Assembly (NCBI GenBank): GCA_964480705.1
Contig: CAYZPC010000004.1
Coordinates: 387-64,386 of the forward strand
DNA from: an uncultured archaeon
GTDB taxonomy: Archaea > Iainarchaeota > Iainarchaeia > Iainarchaeales > VGJJ01
Reading direction: 5' to 3'
Length of the DNA: 64,000 nucleotides
Under the pieces are notes generated by a model. The model did not search any database. It was not told the DNA's origin and saw nothing but the letters and a program-made list of their open reading frames with translations. The translations under genes and the position numbers were made by a program. Shown in pieces: positions 9,463-19,200 of the stretch (the first letter of the stretch is position 1; every line of letters begins with the position of its first letter).

Positions 9463-9867
9463 ATGCACTCCCGCGCCCAAGTTGGACTCGAATACTTGGT
9501 TTTCACCGCATTCCTCCTGCTCATGTCCGCACTCCTTTTTGCGTACGCGTATTCCAGCTACACCAATACCATTCAGGTTGTTCAAGCCCAATCCGCCGTG
9601 GATGCCCTCGCATCCGGAATTGACTTTGTGTACGCCAAAGGCCCCGGCAATGCGGTGGTGATTGATGTTAAACTTCCCGTTGGCCTCACTGAATTCCGCG
9701 TCGACCAAAATGTGGTGCGCGTCACCCTATCTCACTACGGCTCCACGTCCACGCTCTTTGCATTCACCAAAGCACAAATCGATCCAAACTATTTGTATTT
9801 CCAGGAAGGACAATACTCCCTCCGCGTGGCCATGGGTGATGCGAACGCGAGCGTGACCAATGTATGA
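9463..9867 (+). CDS. type IV pilin-like protein with a class III signal peptide (Q at +1)
   Basis: MHSRA|QVGLEYLVFTAFLLLMSALLF: short basic N-terminus, a G/A–Q cleavage-site motif, then a hydrophobic helix; first gene of a translationally coupled operon. Confidence 0.65.
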   Translation: MHSRAQVGLEYLVFTAFLLLMSALLFAYAYSSYTNTIQVVQAQSAVDALASGIDFVYAKGPGNAVVIDVKLPVGLTEFRVDQNVVRVTLSHYGSTSTLFAFTKAQIDPNYLYFQEGQYSLRVAMGDANASVTNV

Positions 9868-11582
9868 TGACCTTTTTGCAAGCAAAAAGCTCAACCAAAA
9901 AAAGCTTTTTAGAAAAAAGTTTGATCAAAAAGGCTCATCAAAAGCCAACGCGGGGATTTGCAAAGCAAATCCCCAGTAGTTGTCTGCCGACGCGCGGGGG
10001 CGGAACCCCGCGAGGGCAGGTATCCACTGAAATGCTTCTCGCCGTGCTCATGGTTCTCTTCATTTTTCTCATCGTTCTCCTTTTCATTGAACAAACCAAA
10101 GCCGATGCGCTGCGCAATCAGCAAAATGTACAAGAAGATGAAGTCTGCGCCAAACTCACCACGATTATTACCTACATGAGTTCCAATCCCCCCTACACGG
10201 AAACTATTTTTGAATTACGTTTAGATACGAATGTCATTAATGGAAAAATTTTTGTGGGCGATTCATTTTGTGGATTTTTAGGGCGCGCGCAAAACGTACA
10301 ATTGTATCCGGGAAAAGTCAAAGCATTTGATGTGAATGGGGTGGTAGTGCTCACGAATGATACTAACTATTCTCCACTCACTCCTCCGAGTGGTCCGCCC
10401 AACTCCGGTTCCAATCAGAGCGGTGGCATTTTGCTCTTAATTGATGACCAAAACAACACGTGGTCGAGTGAAGTACAATCCGATGATGCATTGTACGCAG
10501 CATCTGAAGATGACGCAAGTGAAGATCCGGATTGGGTTGAATTTCGCTTCACTAACTTAGGTTTGACGCAAGCCAATGTCATTAATGACGTGCGCTTCCT
10601 CGCTAAACATTTTGAATCCAGCCACTTGGGATTAAACGGAAACAAAAACCGCGTGCAATGCTGGGATGGCGCCGCGTGGACAGACATTGAAGCCTACACT
10701 CCCGTTTTCACAGAAACCTATTACCAATCCGGAAACCTCATCTCGTGTATTTCGGATTGGAATGCTGCCAACTCTGCCAAATTTAGAATGACGTATGAAC
10801 CCAATGGGGTGGGGGACACGATTTCAATTGATTACGGTCGCGTGGATGTAAATTATTCCCAAGTGGGTTCGCTCATTGATTTATGGGAACTCTCAACGGA
10901 CTTGCCGCAACCCGTTGATTTTCGCACGGACATCAACACGACCGCCAACACATTCGGTTGGAGTGTGGGAGATGACGGGTGGGATTGGCAGGCGAACACG
11001 TATGGAGGTTCACTGGCTGCTGTAGAATTTAACGCCGACCCCAATGCGGATGGAAATGCATCAGACTCTCGTGTTTCCACGGACAAACGCCTCGTCATAA
11101 AACTCGGCGGAGGAGTGAGCGGTGCTCCGGCAGACCCGGATGATAATTCTACCATTGGAATGGGCGCGAGCGGAGCCTATGGTGTGCAATTTGACTTGAA
11201 CGCCGACCAATGGACGCTCATTCAAGGGGGTTCTCAACTTCTCTTCACATTCACTTACACGATTGACGCGGACGCGGGGTGGGGAAATAGTTTAGATGCA
11301 GGAGAAGAAGGCTGGGTGAAAGTTCGCTTCACGGATGATGCCAACAATTCATTTTATTTGGGCAGCGACCTCGACCAAAATGTGGATGAAGATGCTACTA
11401 ATGAAATTTGGTGGAGTTATCAACCAACTGACGACACGGGATTTTTCTATGAAGATGTGTCTGCGTACGCTTCGGGCGCGGGAACATATTACATTGACAT
11501 TGGTGGCGGTCTCTCGGATTGGGATAATATTCGTGAAGGACTGGGAATCTATATAGACAACATCAACCTGGTGGTGATCTAA
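9864..11582 (+). CDS. large (572 aa) pilin-like protein with an internal class III signal motif
   Basis: ATGA start/stop overlap with the upstream gene; motif PRG|QVSTEMLLAVLMVLFIFLIVLLF lies 55 aa from the only upstream ATG; the rest is a Thr/Asn/Asp/Gly-rich β-type extracellular region. Confidence 0.5.
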   Translation: MMTFLQAKSSTKKSFLEKSLIKKAHQKPTRGFAKQIPSSCLPTRGGGTPRGQVSTEMLLAVLMVLFIFLIVLLFIEQTKADALRNQQNVQEDEVCAKLTTIITYMSSNPPYTETIFELRLDTNVINGKIFVGDSFCGFLGRAQNVQLYPGKVKAFDVNGVVVLTNDTNYSPLTPPSGPPNSGSNQSGGILLLIDDQNNTWSSEVQSDDALYAASEDDASEDPDWVEFRFTNLGLTQANVINDVRFLAKHFESSHLGLNGNKNRVQCWDGAAWTDIEAYTPVFTETYYQSGNLISCISDWNAANSAKFRMTYEPNGVGDTISIDYGRVDVNYSQVGSLIDLWELSTDLPQPVDFRTDINTTANTFGWSVGDDGWDWQANTYGGSLAAVEFNADPNADGNASDSRVSTDKRLVIKLGGGVSGAPADPDDNSTIGMGASGAYGVQFDLNADQWTLIQGGSQLLFTFTYTIDADAGWGNSLDAGEEGWVKVRFTDDANNSFYLGSDLDQNVDEDATNEIWWSYQPTDDTGFFYEDVSAYASGAGTYYIDIGGGLSDWDNIREGLGIYIDNINLVVI

Positions 11583-11583
11583 T

Positions 11584-12738
11584 ATGGATGCTCCCCGCGC
11601 TGCGATTCCAACACGCTTCGATTTGAAATGGCTCATTGGTCCATTTGCTATTATTCTAGCCGCCGCGCTCATCGCATTCTATCTTCCCACTATTCCTTCT
11701 TCCACGAACGCGCCGGTGACTCCGCTCGAACAGCCGGTGCTGGTGGACATCCCCATTGATGTTGACGCGGCCAAATTAGAAGCCGCGGCACAGTGTTCGC
11801 TTTCTTTCTCGTGTGACCAAGTCGATTGTTTGGAAAAAGTCCTCACGCACATTGATTCGGCAACCGTTTCCATTGACGCGGTGCTGCGCACGCCCGCTCC
11901 CAAAGTATTGCGCGACCATCTTCGACTTGCTATCAAACGAGGCGTGCGCGTGCAACTGGTTCTCGATCCCACTCTCAACCCTAAATTTTATTTACAGGAC
12001 GCTCACGTCCGCGTCAAACAAGTCAGCCGATTTGTAGCCACCAATTTCATGATTATTGACTCATCCATTGTCGTGCACGGCACCGACCCTCGAACGTATG
12101 CGGCTTCTCCCGATGTGATTAGTGTTTCATGCTCTGAGTTAGAACGCGAACCGTATTTAGTTTTGTTCAACCGCGTCTGGCAGGAAGAAAGCAACCCCTT
12201 TGTTTCAGAATCCAATCAAGAAGAAATTGTCCCCGATTCGGCATTAAGTTCTCCGAGCGGAGATGTTTGCACTGAATCCGCGTGCGGTAATGACACGTAC
12301 ACGTGCGTGGGCACCACGAAAGTGTATCAGGATTATTTCTGCGACTCGGGCGCGTGTGCATATCAAATTATTCCACTCGTGTATAGTTCTGACTGCGGAT
12401 ACACCAACCCTGGCTTTGATCCGAATGGAGATCCACTCATTATTATTACGGAAACAGAAGTGGACGAAGGACAAATTGCCAATGAATTCATTGAATTCAC
12501 TGCTCTCAAGCCCGTTGAATTGACAGGATTTACTCTCTTGAGAAATAATAACACGCTCATCACATTCACGGAAGCATTTATTCTCAATGGCGCCGCGCGC
12601 GTGTACACGGGACCGGGTACCACAACTACTACGGTGGTGTATCTCGACCAGTCCTCTCCATTATGGAATGTTTCAGGCACCACCGCCACGCTGCTCAACC
12701 CCAATCAATTTGTGGTGGCGGAGAGAACATTCGACTGA
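11584..12738 (+). CDS. membrane-anchored protein with a degenerate PLD-like (HKD-lacking) domain and a C-terminal lamin-tail-like domain
   Basis: N-terminal TM (LIGPFAIILAAALIAFYL); PLD-fold-like segment RGVRVQLVLDP…RFVATNFMIIDSSIVVHGT with the catalytic H and K replaced (A, N); C-terminus NEFIEFTALKPVELTGFTLL… resembles LTD. Confidence 0.5.
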   Translation: MDAPRAAIPTRFDLKWLIGPFAIILAAALIAFYLPTIPSSTNAPVTPLEQPVLVDIPIDVDAAKLEAAAQCSLSFSCDQVDCLEKVLTHIDSATVSIDAVLRTPAPKVLRDHLRLAIKRGVRVQLVLDPTLNPKFYLQDAHVRVKQVSRFVATNFMIIDSSIVVHGTDPRTYAASPDVISVSCSELEREPYLVLFNRVWQEESNPFVSESNQEEIVPDSALSSPSGDVCTESACGNDTYTCVGTTKVYQDYFCDSGACAYQIIPLVYSSDCGYTNPGFDPNGDPLIIITETEVDEGQIANEFIEFTALKPVELTGFTLLRNNNTLITFTEAFILNGAARVYTGPGTTTTTVVYLDQSSPLWNVSGTTATLLNPNQFVVAERTFD

Positions 12739-12747
12739 GGTCTCGGC

Positions 12748-13266
12748 ATGAAACCCGCACGCACTTTTTCTCACTCCTGTTCGCGCGCCCAAGCCACGCT
12801 TCCAGATATTCTCATGGCAACCATTCTTTTTCTTCTCATTTTAGTGGGCATTCTCACCTATTCTCAAAACACTCAAACGGCGGCACAAGACACAGTGGGG
12901 AGACAGCGCCTCGACGGTGTCACATCAACCATCGCCGAATTCATTATCAAAAACCCCGGCACCCCCTCCAATTGGGAGTTGCTCAATGACATTAACGCAG
13001 TCACTCAATTCGGTCTCGCCCAAAAGGACCGGGTGTTGGATTCGCAAAAAGTAGTAGCATTCATTAATTACTCCAACCTCGACTATACTGCCGTAAAATC
13101 CCGACTCAATATTCCTGGGTATGAATTTTACGTCCAACTTACCGGGGGAACGACACTCGATGCGGGACAATATCCTCCCGCCGACAAACCCGTGAGTGTG
13201 GTGCAGCGCCTTGTGACAATTAATGGAATTGAAACCACGTTCAAACTGATGGTGTATGAACCATAA
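12748..13266 (+). CDS. type IV pilin-like protein (class III signal peptide)
   Basis: MKPARTFSHSCSRA|QATLPDILMATILFLLILVGILTY. Confidence 0.6.
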   Translation: MKPARTFSHSCSRAQATLPDILMATILFLLILVGILTYSQNTQTAAQDTVGRQRLDGVTSTIAEFIIKNPGTPSNWELLNDINAVTQFGLAQKDRVLDSQKVVAFINYSNLDYTAVKSRLNIPGYEFYVQLTGGTTLDAGQYPPADKPVSVVQRLVTINGIETTFKLMVYEP

Positions 13267-16200
13267 TTTTTTTGAAAAAAAATCCCGCGCATTCGCGTTC
13301 AGCGCAGACGTCGTCCTCGCACTCATCCTCGTTACCAGCTTGTTTGTTTTTCTCTCCGCTCCCACTCAACCGGCGGCAAAGCTAGAAGAACGCCGCGTCG
13401 CCGACCAGTATGTGGATGACTTGTTTGTAGCACTCGACCACTCCGGTTTTATGTCACACGAATTAGATGTGAATGGGTATTCCATCGCCACTCTTCAAAA
13501 TGTGCACACGCGCGCAACATCACTTTTGCCCTCCAATTATTCGGCGTATCTCACCCTCACGCGTTATCCAGTGGATGTAAACTCCTGCCGCTCCGGCCAA
13601 GATTTCCAATCGTGTTTTCCCGATGCAAACGTTGCTTCTCTTTCCTATGGAACGGCACTCTCTCCTACTGCTGAATTTGTTCACGGCCGCCGCGTCTTTT
13701 TACAACAACAACCCGCGTCGCAGTGCAGCGCCTCTCCATCCGCCGCATCCTCCAATTGGCCCTTCGCTCTTTTTCCGGCGCAAGAACCTTACACCGCGTA
13801 TTTTTCCCACGATGTCAACCTAACATTTGATGTAAATGTTTCTCCCTCCGGTCCCCTCACGTGTGACCAAAATATTACTATTTCTTTGCAAATTTCTGGA
13901 AACACGGGCGCGCGAAAACCATTAGACATGGTCCTCGTTTTCGACCGCTCGGGAAGTATGTCGTGGGATGGACAAGAAGACACGACTGATGCATTTGGAA
14001 TCGCATTGTCTTCTAATGCCGCATTTATCGCAGACAGCACCTCGGGTTTGCGCGACATCAACATCATTAATCCTGGTTTGCCCAACCTACTTGGAACCTA
14101 CAACTCTCCCGGCACCGCGCGCGACGTGGATGTGAGCGGCAACTACGCTTATCTTGCGGACGGGACATCCGGTTTACGAATCGTAAACGTTTCAACGCTC
14201 ACCGCACCCACTTCCGTTGCCACCCTCGATGTGGGGGGCGATTCATACGGGGTTTTCACGCAAGACACACTCACGTATGTTGCCACGTATGGCACCAGCA
14301 CCACCGACCAAAGCAACATTGTCACTGCCAATCGAGATTTAGAAATTGGACAAAGCGCCTCCAACGCCACAGCTGCACAGTCGTTCCAACCCTCGCTTGA
14401 TTTTATTACCGGTGCAACAGTACACGTGCGCCGCGTGGGAAATCCCTCTGGAAATCTCTCGGTGAATCTCCGCTCTTCTCTCTCCGGAGCAGACTTAGCC
14501 ACCGCCACCATCACACCCGCGAGTCTCACGACATCCTACCAAGATATTGAGGTCACATTTCCCTCACTCGCGCAAGTAACGGGCGGCTCCACCTACTATC
14601 TCGTCCTCACCACCACTGCAAACAATTCATCCAACTATTACCAGTGGGGCGGCCGCGGCACAAATGGGTATGCGAATGGAACAGCTTATCAAAATAGTAC
14701 CAACCAAAGCCACGACATGCGTTTCCGCACGCACTACATTCCTGGTCTTATCAAAATTGACACTACCACCAAAAATTCTCCGAGCATTTTAGGAGCAGCC
14801 ACCCTCACGGCACCCTGGCGCGTGTTGGTGGAAAATGATTACGCATACGTTGCAGATGGTTCTGCCGGCATGCGCGTGTTTGATGTTTCAGCAGACACGC
14901 CCGTGGAAATAGGTTCATACAATACTCCCGGAACCGCCTACGATGTGACACTCGATGGAACATATGCCATTGTCTCAGATGGAACATCCGGCATTCGCAT
15001 CCTGGATGTTTCAACACCATCTTCTCCTACTTCGATTGCCACCTACAACACTCCCGGCACGGCCTACGCTGCGCGCGTGGACGCTGGCATTGCGTACGTG
15101 GCGGATGGAAGCTCAATACAAGTGATTGATATTTCCACTCCATCATCGCCCACCTTCTTGCGCTCGTACGCCACTCCCTACAATTACCGTGACCTCGAAA
15201 TCCAAAATGGGTGGGGATTTATTGCGGTGGATTCAAGCATCGAAGGATTAATGACATTCAACCTGTCTCTGGGTCCCAAAATTAATCAAGCCCAAGTAGC
15301 AGCTCAAACATTTGTTGATTTTAATGCGTGGGATTCAAACAATGATCAACTCGGCCTAGTCAGCTACTCCAGCTCAGCCACGACCGACCAAACACTCACC
15401 GGAAATTATGCACTTATCCGCTCCGACATTAATGCGCTTGTCGCAAGCGGGGGAACTGCCACTGGAGATGGAATCAACGCCGCCACGACTGAACTTATTA
15501 GTGCACGCCACAATCCTTCCGCGCTCAAATTCCAAATCCTCATGTCAGATGGTTTAACCAACTCGGGAGCGAACAGCGCAACTGCTGCCATTACTGCTGC
15601 CAACAATGGTATAGTGATTTACACCATTGGTTTCGGTGCAGAAGCCGATGTCGCTGAACTCAACAATATTGCCACCATCACGGGAGGAAAATATTATTCT
15701 GCATTAGACCAGAATGCGCTCATTGATGTGTACAATCTCATTGCCCAAGACATTCAGCTCATTGCCACGGACGCAAACGTGGTTGCTAACATTCCCACGG
15801 ATGTAAATATTGTGAGCGATGGAAATGGCTCCTTCATCAATGGAAATCTCATCTTTGATATCAACACGCAGGAACCCCAACCCTGGACCGTTGATTATAC
15901 GATTATTATTCCCTGCACATCTCAACTTGCATGCACCTCCACCCTCATTTCCGTTCCAAGTCCGGGAACCCAATTCCAATACGTGGACGCGAATGGAAAC
16001 ACCATTGTCATTGACTGGAACGTGTTCGAAACACAATCCTTCAATTATTACGATTTGAACCTTGAAATCGTTTCAGGAGATTTAGTCAGCACCAACAACA
16101 CTGACCTCACGGTAAAAGTATCCAGCGTTGGAAACCTAGACACGAATGCCACTTCCGTTTCATTCTACCAAAATGATCCCTCGTTTGGAAACCTACTCGC

Positions 16201-16426
16201 AACCAGTTCGGTTCCCGCACTCTGCGGCGCACTCAATCCCGGGTGCGTGACTTCGGATTATTTGTTCACGAGCAACGTGTCTGCGGAAGGAGAATTATGG
16301 GCTGTTGTGAATCCTAATCAGACGATTCCAGAATGTACCTACAATGATCGCGACGTGCTATTCTGCTATCAAAATCCCTCCACACAATTTTTCACGCTGG
16401 ATTATTGGGTGTGGTTGAATGAGTGA
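13256..16426 (+). CDS. giant pilin-like adhesin: class III signal peptide + vWA (MIDAS) domain interrupted by an LVIVD-repeat β-propeller
   Basis: N-terminus KKSRAFAFSADVVLALILVTSLFVFL; MIDAS motif LDMVLVFDRSGSMSWDG at ~aa 225; ~470-aa insertion with repeated YAYLADGTSGLRIVNVS / YAIVSDGTSGIRILDVSTPSSP units (LVIVD-like); remainder of the vWA fold (LGLVSYSS…TATGDGINAA…ILMSDGLTNSG…VIYTIGFG). Confidence 0.75.
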   Translation: MNHNFFEKKSRAFAFSADVVLALILVTSLFVFLSAPTQPAAKLEERRVADQYVDDLFVALDHSGFMSHELDVNGYSIATLQNVHTRATSLLPSNYSAYLTLTRYPVDVNSCRSGQDFQSCFPDANVASLSYGTALSPTAEFVHGRRVFLQQQPASQCSASPSAASSNWPFALFPAQEPYTAYFSHDVNLTFDVNVSPSGPLTCDQNITISLQISGNTGARKPLDMVLVFDRSGSMSWDGQEDTTDAFGIALSSNAAFIADSTSGLRDINIINPGLPNLLGTYNSPGTARDVDVSGNYAYLADGTSGLRIVNVSTLTAPTSVATLDVGGDSYGVFTQDTLTYVATYGTSTTDQSNIVTANRDLEIGQSASNATAAQSFQPSLDFITGATVHVRRVGNPSGNLSVNLRSSLSGADLATATITPASLTTSYQDIEVTFPSLAQVTGGSTYYLVLTTTANNSSNYYQWGGRGTNGYANGTAYQNSTNQSHDMRFRTHYIPGLIKIDTTTKNSPSILGAATLTAPWRVLVENDYAYVADGSAGMRVFDVSADTPVEIGSYNTPGTAYDVTLDGTYAIVSDGTSGIRILDVSTPSSPTSIATYNTPGTAYAARVDAGIAYVADGSSIQVIDISTPSSPTFLRSYATPYNYRDLEIQNGWGFIAVDSSIEGLMTFNLSLGPKINQAQVAAQTFVDFNAWDSNNDQLGLVSYSSSATTDQTLTGNYALIRSDINALVASGGTATGDGINAATTELISARHNPSALKFQILMSDGLTNSGANSATAAITAANNGIVIYTIGFGAEADVAELNNIATITGGKYYSALDQNALIDVYNLIAQDIQLIATDANVVANIPTDVNIVSDGNGSFINGNLIFDINTQEPQPWTVDYTIIIPCTSQLACTSTLISVPSPGTQFQYVDANGNTIVIDWNVFETQSFNYYDLNLEIVSGDLVSTNNTDLTVKVSSVGNLDTNATSVSFYQNDPSFGNLLATSSVPALCGALNPGCVTSDYLFTSNVSAEGELWAVVNPNQTIPECTYNDRDVLFCYQNPSTQFFTLDYWVWLNE

Positions 16427-17429
16427 ACGCTCCACTTTGCGCGGACAACGAGGAGTACTATTCACCTTTCTCACTTTCCTCTTCATCAGCGCAGTCGTAG
16501 GATTAATTGTCTTCAACACTAACCTCTCAAACCGCACATCCACTTCCACCGTTGAAATTTCCGTTCTCAACGCCATCAACGCCAAATACGATGACATTAC
16601 CGATGACATTATCACGCTCGACCACCCCATTGGAATTCCATCCATTCACCAGCGCATTCTGCCCTTCACTCATTCCACGGACAAAAACACCATTACTTTT
16701 CTCCAAACCCTCCCCATTGCCAGCGGAAAACTTTCTCTCTATTACGATTTGATTAACGCCTACGCTATTTTCGTCCGCGACCAAAACACATCCCGAACAT
16801 ACGATGGAGTGGATGTTGACATTGACGTACCCAAACCCCCTGCATGGGGAGGCGCTGCCCAATCTGCAGGATTCAACATTCTTCCCCAGTGTGTACAATA
16901 TCGCATTCTGGATACGAACACGATTAATTTTTCCAGCGACAGTACGATTGGATGCGAAACCGATTTCTCAATGCGCACCCACGTTTCGCGCATCGACATC
17001 AACATCTACCTCCCCACAACCACTGATGATTACAACGGCGCCACATGCTCATTCAATGGAACATTCTCCTGCCCGCACGAGGATTTCAACGCGCAGAATG
17101 GTCCATTTATTTCCATATTATTTTTCGATTCCAATTGTACAAACTGCACTCTCTCAACTAGTGACAAAAACATCTCCGGACACTTTGACCCGGACATCGT
17201 GAGCACGATAACCTATGCGTGTACGTCCGGAAACTGCAACTCTCAACCGCTCACATTCACTTTCTCCGATGGTCTCGAAATTAATCACGGCGGAACGGCC
17301 GCGACTCTCTCGATGGGCGTTTCATTTACGGAAAGTATACGCACGTTCTACTACCAAGATGCTAATTATTCCGTCAGCAAGAGTGGATTTGATACGATTA
17401 AAAGCAACGTCGTGGTGTTCCCCCAATGA
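16419..17429 (+). CDS. type IV pilin-like protein (class III signal peptide), 336 aa
   Basis: MSERSTLRG|QRGVLFTFLTFLFISAVVGLIVF; overlaps the upstream stop. Confidence 0.6.
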   Translation: MSERSTLRGQRGVLFTFLTFLFISAVVGLIVFNTNLSNRTSTSTVEISVLNAINAKYDDITDDIITLDHPIGIPSIHQRILPFTHSTDKNTITFLQTLPIASGKLSLYYDLINAYAIFVRDQNTSRTYDGVDVDIDVPKPPAWGGAAQSAGFNILPQCVQYRILDTNTINFSSDSTIGCETDFSMRTHVSRIDINIYLPTTTDDYNGATCSFNGTFSCPHEDFNAQNGPFISILFFDSNCTNCTLSTSDKNISGHFDPDIVSTITYACTSGNCNSQPLTFTFSDGLEINHGGTAATLSMGVSFTESIRTFYYQDANYSVSKSGFDTIKSNVVVFPQ

Positions 17430-18556
17430 GCCCCGGCGATGCTGCTACTATTCTAATCGCCCTCATCGTGACGGGTGCCATTGCATACTTTTTTGTCTTG
17501 CCCTCTCTGCAAACAAATGCTTCTTCCGCATCGGCTGAATTATTCGTCGAAGCTCCCTCCACCACACTCCCCAATCAATCCATCAACGTCACCATTGCCG
17601 CTAAATACGCCGAAGGAAAAACCATTCAAGCCACATCTGATGGACAAGCCAAAACATTTTCATGCGCCACCACGCCGTGCATTTTCTCCACCACGTTTTC
17701 CTATGCTCAACCCGGAGAAAAAACCATTTTAGTGCAATTAGATTCGCTCACGGAAACACGCACGATTAACGTGACGGCAGTCTCCAAACGCTGTCTCGAT
17801 GGCACCGTAGACGGAACGTGTTCCGCGCCCCCATTTTTTTGCGAAAACGCTCAACTGGTTTCCAATTGCACTCGCTGCGGCTGCCCCTCGGGAGAAGAAT
17901 GCATCTCCAACACGTGCACAAAACCCCCACTCACCTTTTCCATTCCTCTTGTTACCATTCCCGAAAATGTTTACACCACTGCCGTGGCGGCGGTGAATTA
18001 TTCTATTCAAAACACTTCCTCATTTGACGCGGATGGATTATTTTTACTCGTTGCCCAATCGTACTCTTCTTCGGAACAACTCCTTGATGAGCGCGCGCAG
18101 CAGATTCAACTCCACGATTTAGCGCCGGGAACAATTCACACGGGAACCGTGTCCATTTTGTTTCCGCTCAACACAACCAGTTTGCGCTTGCGCTTGTACG
18201 ACAACCCTTCTTCTTACCCTTCATCTACTCTCCTCGCCGAATCCGCTCGAGAAAATGTTCGCGTCACCACCGACACGACACCGCCCCTTCCCCCCACGCA
18301 ACTGGCTTCATCTTCCTCTGCCGGAGAAACACTTCTAACATGGACCGCATCCCCTTCCTCGGATGTAAAAAAATATATCATCTTTCAAGAAAACTTTTCC
18401 AACGGGGGATTCACCACCTATTCTACCGCGGGAGAAACCACCTCCACCCAGTTTTCTATTTCTTCTCCATCCTCTCCACTCGCCTACGTGGTTCGTGCCA
18501 TAGATGGTGCGGGAAACCAGAGTGAACCCACCTCTCCTGTGGTCGTTTCCTCTTAG
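17426..18556 (+). CDS. membrane-anchored protein with a Cys-rich segment and a C-terminal fibronectin type III-like domain
   Basis: N-terminal TM (ATILIALIVTGAIAYFFVL); Cys cluster CLDGTVDGTCSAPPFFCENAQLVSNCTRCGCPSGEECISNTC; FN3-like C-terminus (PPTQLASSSSAGETLLTWTASPSSDVKKYIIFQE…YVVRAIDGAGNQSEP); ATGA overlap with the upstream gene. Confidence 0.55.
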   Translation: MSPGDAATILIALIVTGAIAYFFVLPSLQTNASSASAELFVEAPSTTLPNQSINVTIAAKYAEGKTIQATSDGQAKTFSCATTPCIFSTTFSYAQPGEKTILVQLDSLTETRTINVTAVSKRCLDGTVDGTCSAPPFFCENAQLVSNCTRCGCPSGEECISNTCTKPPLTFSIPLVTIPENVYTTAVAAVNYSIQNTSSFDADGLFLLVAQSYSSSEQLLDERAQQIQLHDLAPGTIHTGTVSILFPLNTTSLRLRLYDNPSSYPSSTLLAESARENVRVTTDTTPPLPPTQLASSSSAGETLLTWTASPSSDVKKYIIFQENFSNGGFTTYSTAGETTSTQFSISSPSSPLAYVVRAIDGAGNQSEPTSPVVVSS

Positions 18557-18585
18557 GTTAAATACTCTAACTCATTTTTTCGGGC

Positions 18586-19197
18586 ATGGCCGACGCTCCC
18601 CCTGCCAGACCTGGATTATTTGCCGGGCTCGCCAAAATTCTTCATCTGCACCAGCTGCCGCAAGCCGCTCCAGGAACTAAAACTATTTCACCTAAAGGAG
18701 ATAGTGTGGTGATGGTGCCTCCCGTGCGCGCACCCGCGTCCTCTGCGAACACTTCCAAAACGCTTCCCACCCGTGCACCCATTCCTTCCCCCGTTTCTTC
18801 ACCCGCAAGCACGATGACTGCTCCGGTGTCGCGTCCAACTTCCCCTACACAACCAGCAGCTCCTCGTGCTCTCCCACACGCGACTGTTCCATCGGCAGGA
18901 TTATCCTCCATGGGAAACACGCACCCCAAGTGGGCCGTTTCACACGAAGTGAATCCTCCGCACACGCACGCACAACCCGGCGTATCAAAAGGAGTCATCG
19001 TCACCGATTACGATCGCATTCTCGATTTAGTAAAAGCCCGCCACCCCATCAAGTTGGATGAAATCGCGCGCCTTCTCTCTCTCAAAGAAGAATTAGTCGC
19101 ACAAGAATTGCAAACACTAGAAGACAATGGTTTAGTTGACGTGAAATATCCTGCATTTGGAGAACCACTCATCTATTTCAAAACACCCGAGGCCTGA
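18586..19197 (+). CDS. Pro/Ser/Thr-rich protein with a C-terminal winged-helix-like domain
   Basis: Low-complexity P/S/T-rich N-terminal 140 aa; C-terminus DRILDLVKARHPIKLDEIARLLSLKEELVAQELQTLEDNGLVDV reads as HTH/wHTH; sits immediately before the ATPase gene. Confidence 0.4.
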   Translation: MADAPPARPGLFAGLAKILHLHQLPQAAPGTKTISPKGDSVVMVPPVRAPASSANTSKTLPTRAPIPSPVSSPASTMTAPVSRPTSPTQPAAPRALPHATVPSAGLSSMGNTHPKWAVSHEVNPPHTHAQPGVSKGVIVTDYDRILDLVKARHPIKLDEIARLLSLKEELVAQELQTLEDNGLVDVKYPAFGEPLIYFKTPEA

Positions 19198-19200
19198 CGC

